This document shows, one piece after another, positions 61,759 through 64,000 of a stretch of DNA of 64,000 nucleotides (positions are counted from its first letter, which is position 1; each line of letters begins with the position of its first letter). The notes under the pieces were generated by a model. It made no database searches. It had not been told where the DNA came from and saw nothing but the letters and a program-made list of their open reading frames with translations. Source of the stretch: Ascidiella aspersa (taxonomy: Eukaryota); NCBI GenBank assembly GCA_963924565.1, contig OZ004608.1, positions 12,276,001 through 12,340,000 of the forward strand, given 5' to 3'. The translations under genes and the position numbers were made by a program.

Positions 61759-64000
61759 GCTCATCGCTCGAAACCGAAGCCTGATCCGACTCTTTCTGTT
61801 GACGTTTTGTTGCGCACCGACCACTTCCACTGAGGCCACCGCCACTGCCGAAAAACACCCGTTCCGTGCGACCGGTTCGAGCTGGTTCGAGCTGGCGAGA
61901 TACTGACGAATAACAAGTCATGCTTTCTCTCTCTCTCTTTTTTTTTGTCTGGCGGCTCTGGACCTGTTGTTGTTGTGCGCTGCCGACTGCGCACGTTTTT
62001 CTCGCTTTCACCGGGTTTAACGTTATGTGCTCTCTCTCGTGGAATTTGTATATAGTGTATCGACCGGTGTGGTTAAGTTTGCGCAAGTAACACGTTTTGT
62101 GAACTTGGTTAATTTATAACGCTCACCAGTAGACCTAAAAGCAACGTTCATGCCGTATTGGCCTTTTTGGTGTCAACACGACTGTTTGAACTTCAACGCA
62201 CCTCTCGCATTTGGCCGTAATTAAATAAGTTCGAAAAGTACCAACTTTGTTCTCACGAGTTTGTTTTTGACGTATAGGTTTTATAATTGTTTATTGTGAC
62301 AGTGGGTTAGGAAGCAGCTTGCATGTAAGTTTATGGAAATGTCCGAAGAGGAAGGTTTTAATGTCAACAAATCCAGTCGCCAGTGGCACTGTCTCTCATT
62401 GTGCTTTACTGGGCCCTAATCCGCGCTAGGAAAACTATTTTTAAAAGCAGACCGCTTTTGATCTTGTTGTGCGACCCAATAGTATCTAGAAAAAAATAAG
62501 TTTAAAAATATTTAAAAGAAAACTTTAAATAGCATTGTTTTAACAATCTTGCAAGATTCAGGGTCGGATCCAGCATTTATGTTAGAGGGGTAGACTATCG
62601 TTAACCTCACAAAGTTACCTCATAAATAAGGCCGTTTAATGACAAAATGGTGACATTATTCACAAAAGACTGTATTGTGTGGGTCTTAAGTTTAGAAGAT
62701 TTTGTAAGGTGATGACGACCGGCGGAATGCAAATCAGTTTTTTCGTGTATGTTATGTAAAATACTTAAAAAAGCAAAGTTATTATTTGTGGCACATCCTA
62801 AAGACAAAGGCTACTCTATACATATTCTTTAAAAAAACAAAATGTTCGTTTTTATAAAAAAATGTTAAGTTAAGTTAGGTAAATAGTTTATTTGAAATCA
62901 AAGTAAAAAAAAAGCAACACTTACTAAGGGTAGTATTATACAAAAGTTTCTTTTTTTTAATCTGGAAATGATATTACAAAATTAAGGGCAAATATTCATT
63001 TTAGCGTGTACTTGGTAAGAGGCAACACAACTAAGGTAACTTTTTCTGATAAGCGGCCAGATTCCCATTAACAATATACTAAACTTTATTAATTAATCTT
63101 TAACAATAACTCAACATAAAACTATTTTAGAATTAGATTTGCCAAACACATCACATGAAATTTACCTTATTTACGCAAACTTGTAGCGGCATTAAAGAAG
63201 TAGCATAGGAACATATAGGCTAGGGTTGCCATATTTTAAAACGCGCAATCCCTGACATACTTAGCCCGGTTGCTTAAAAAAAACCTAGAAATGACCTCGA
63301 AAAGTTATTGTCGATACGTGACATATTTTTTATATTAAAAGTTGGAAAATATTGGCGTGCTGCGTAAAAAATGCCTTTGAATAAAGTTTAAGTTTGCCCA
63401 AATTTTCATTTTGAATGTGCGATGAGACGCACGGCGCATATTGGGTAATCTGATTTCAACAAAACGGGCTAGACATAGATTTCGCGCTTTTTCAACTGAT
63501 GTGCGATTTTAAATCAGCGCTATCTTTGTAGAAACTGAGATGTATGTGCTTGGATTGTAGACTAAACATTCTGTTTTCCATATAAATTCATGGATATTGT
63601 ACTTATAATACTCTCGTGGAATTACATTTTCCCTAAGAAGTAAATTTAAGATCTTAACAAAATCAGCTCGAACCTTTGGAGATCATGTTTGATATAGAAA
63701 TTCGGCTAATGAACAGCATCTTGGCCAGATAAAAAATTTGTGTGTAGCTAAATTTTTTTAAACAAATCAAAACAAGTGTTTCCACACGAAGTAGTATAGG
63801 TTTAGACTAGAGGTAGGCAAATCATGTTTACCTGCAACTCCATATTTGATAAAGAAAAATATCTAATTTTGCTTGTTTAGGATTTGCCATCATTTAACTT
63901 GTAGTACAAAATAAAAAAAACATGCTGGGTAAAAGTTTGTAACTGAGTTTTCTAAAATAGAACGCAAAACGCAAAAACTCTTTTCAAAAGCGAAAAAAAA

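Overview
Eukaryotic, intron-rich animal DNA. Compact genes, short introns, patchy CpG depletion and many small DNA-transposon MITEs suggest an invertebrate chordate such as an ascidian; this is inference. Hand-splicing gives five protein-coding genes. (1) A 5'-truncated ARID5B-like BAH+ARID transcription factor on + (10 coding exons, 13351-31001; the first ~13 kb is apparently intronic or regulatory). (2) COMMD9 on - (38126-34447). (3) TAF7 on - (41711-38782). (4) USP36-like deubiquitinase on +, with an intronless CDS (44671-47094). (5) DHX15/Prp43 on + (15 exons, 48811-61758). TAF7>COMMD9 and USP36>DHX15 diverge from one small CpG-retaining promoter at ~42.1 kb and may be two trans-spliced operons. 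Also present: a TAF7 intron with a perfect U12-type 5' splice site, two GC-AG introns, a candidate alternative first exon for a BAH-less ARID5 isoform, nested hAT and Harbinger-like MITEs with TSDs, and two minisatellites. Most short ORFs in the supplied track are spurious. All coordinates were counted by hand and no database searches were run.
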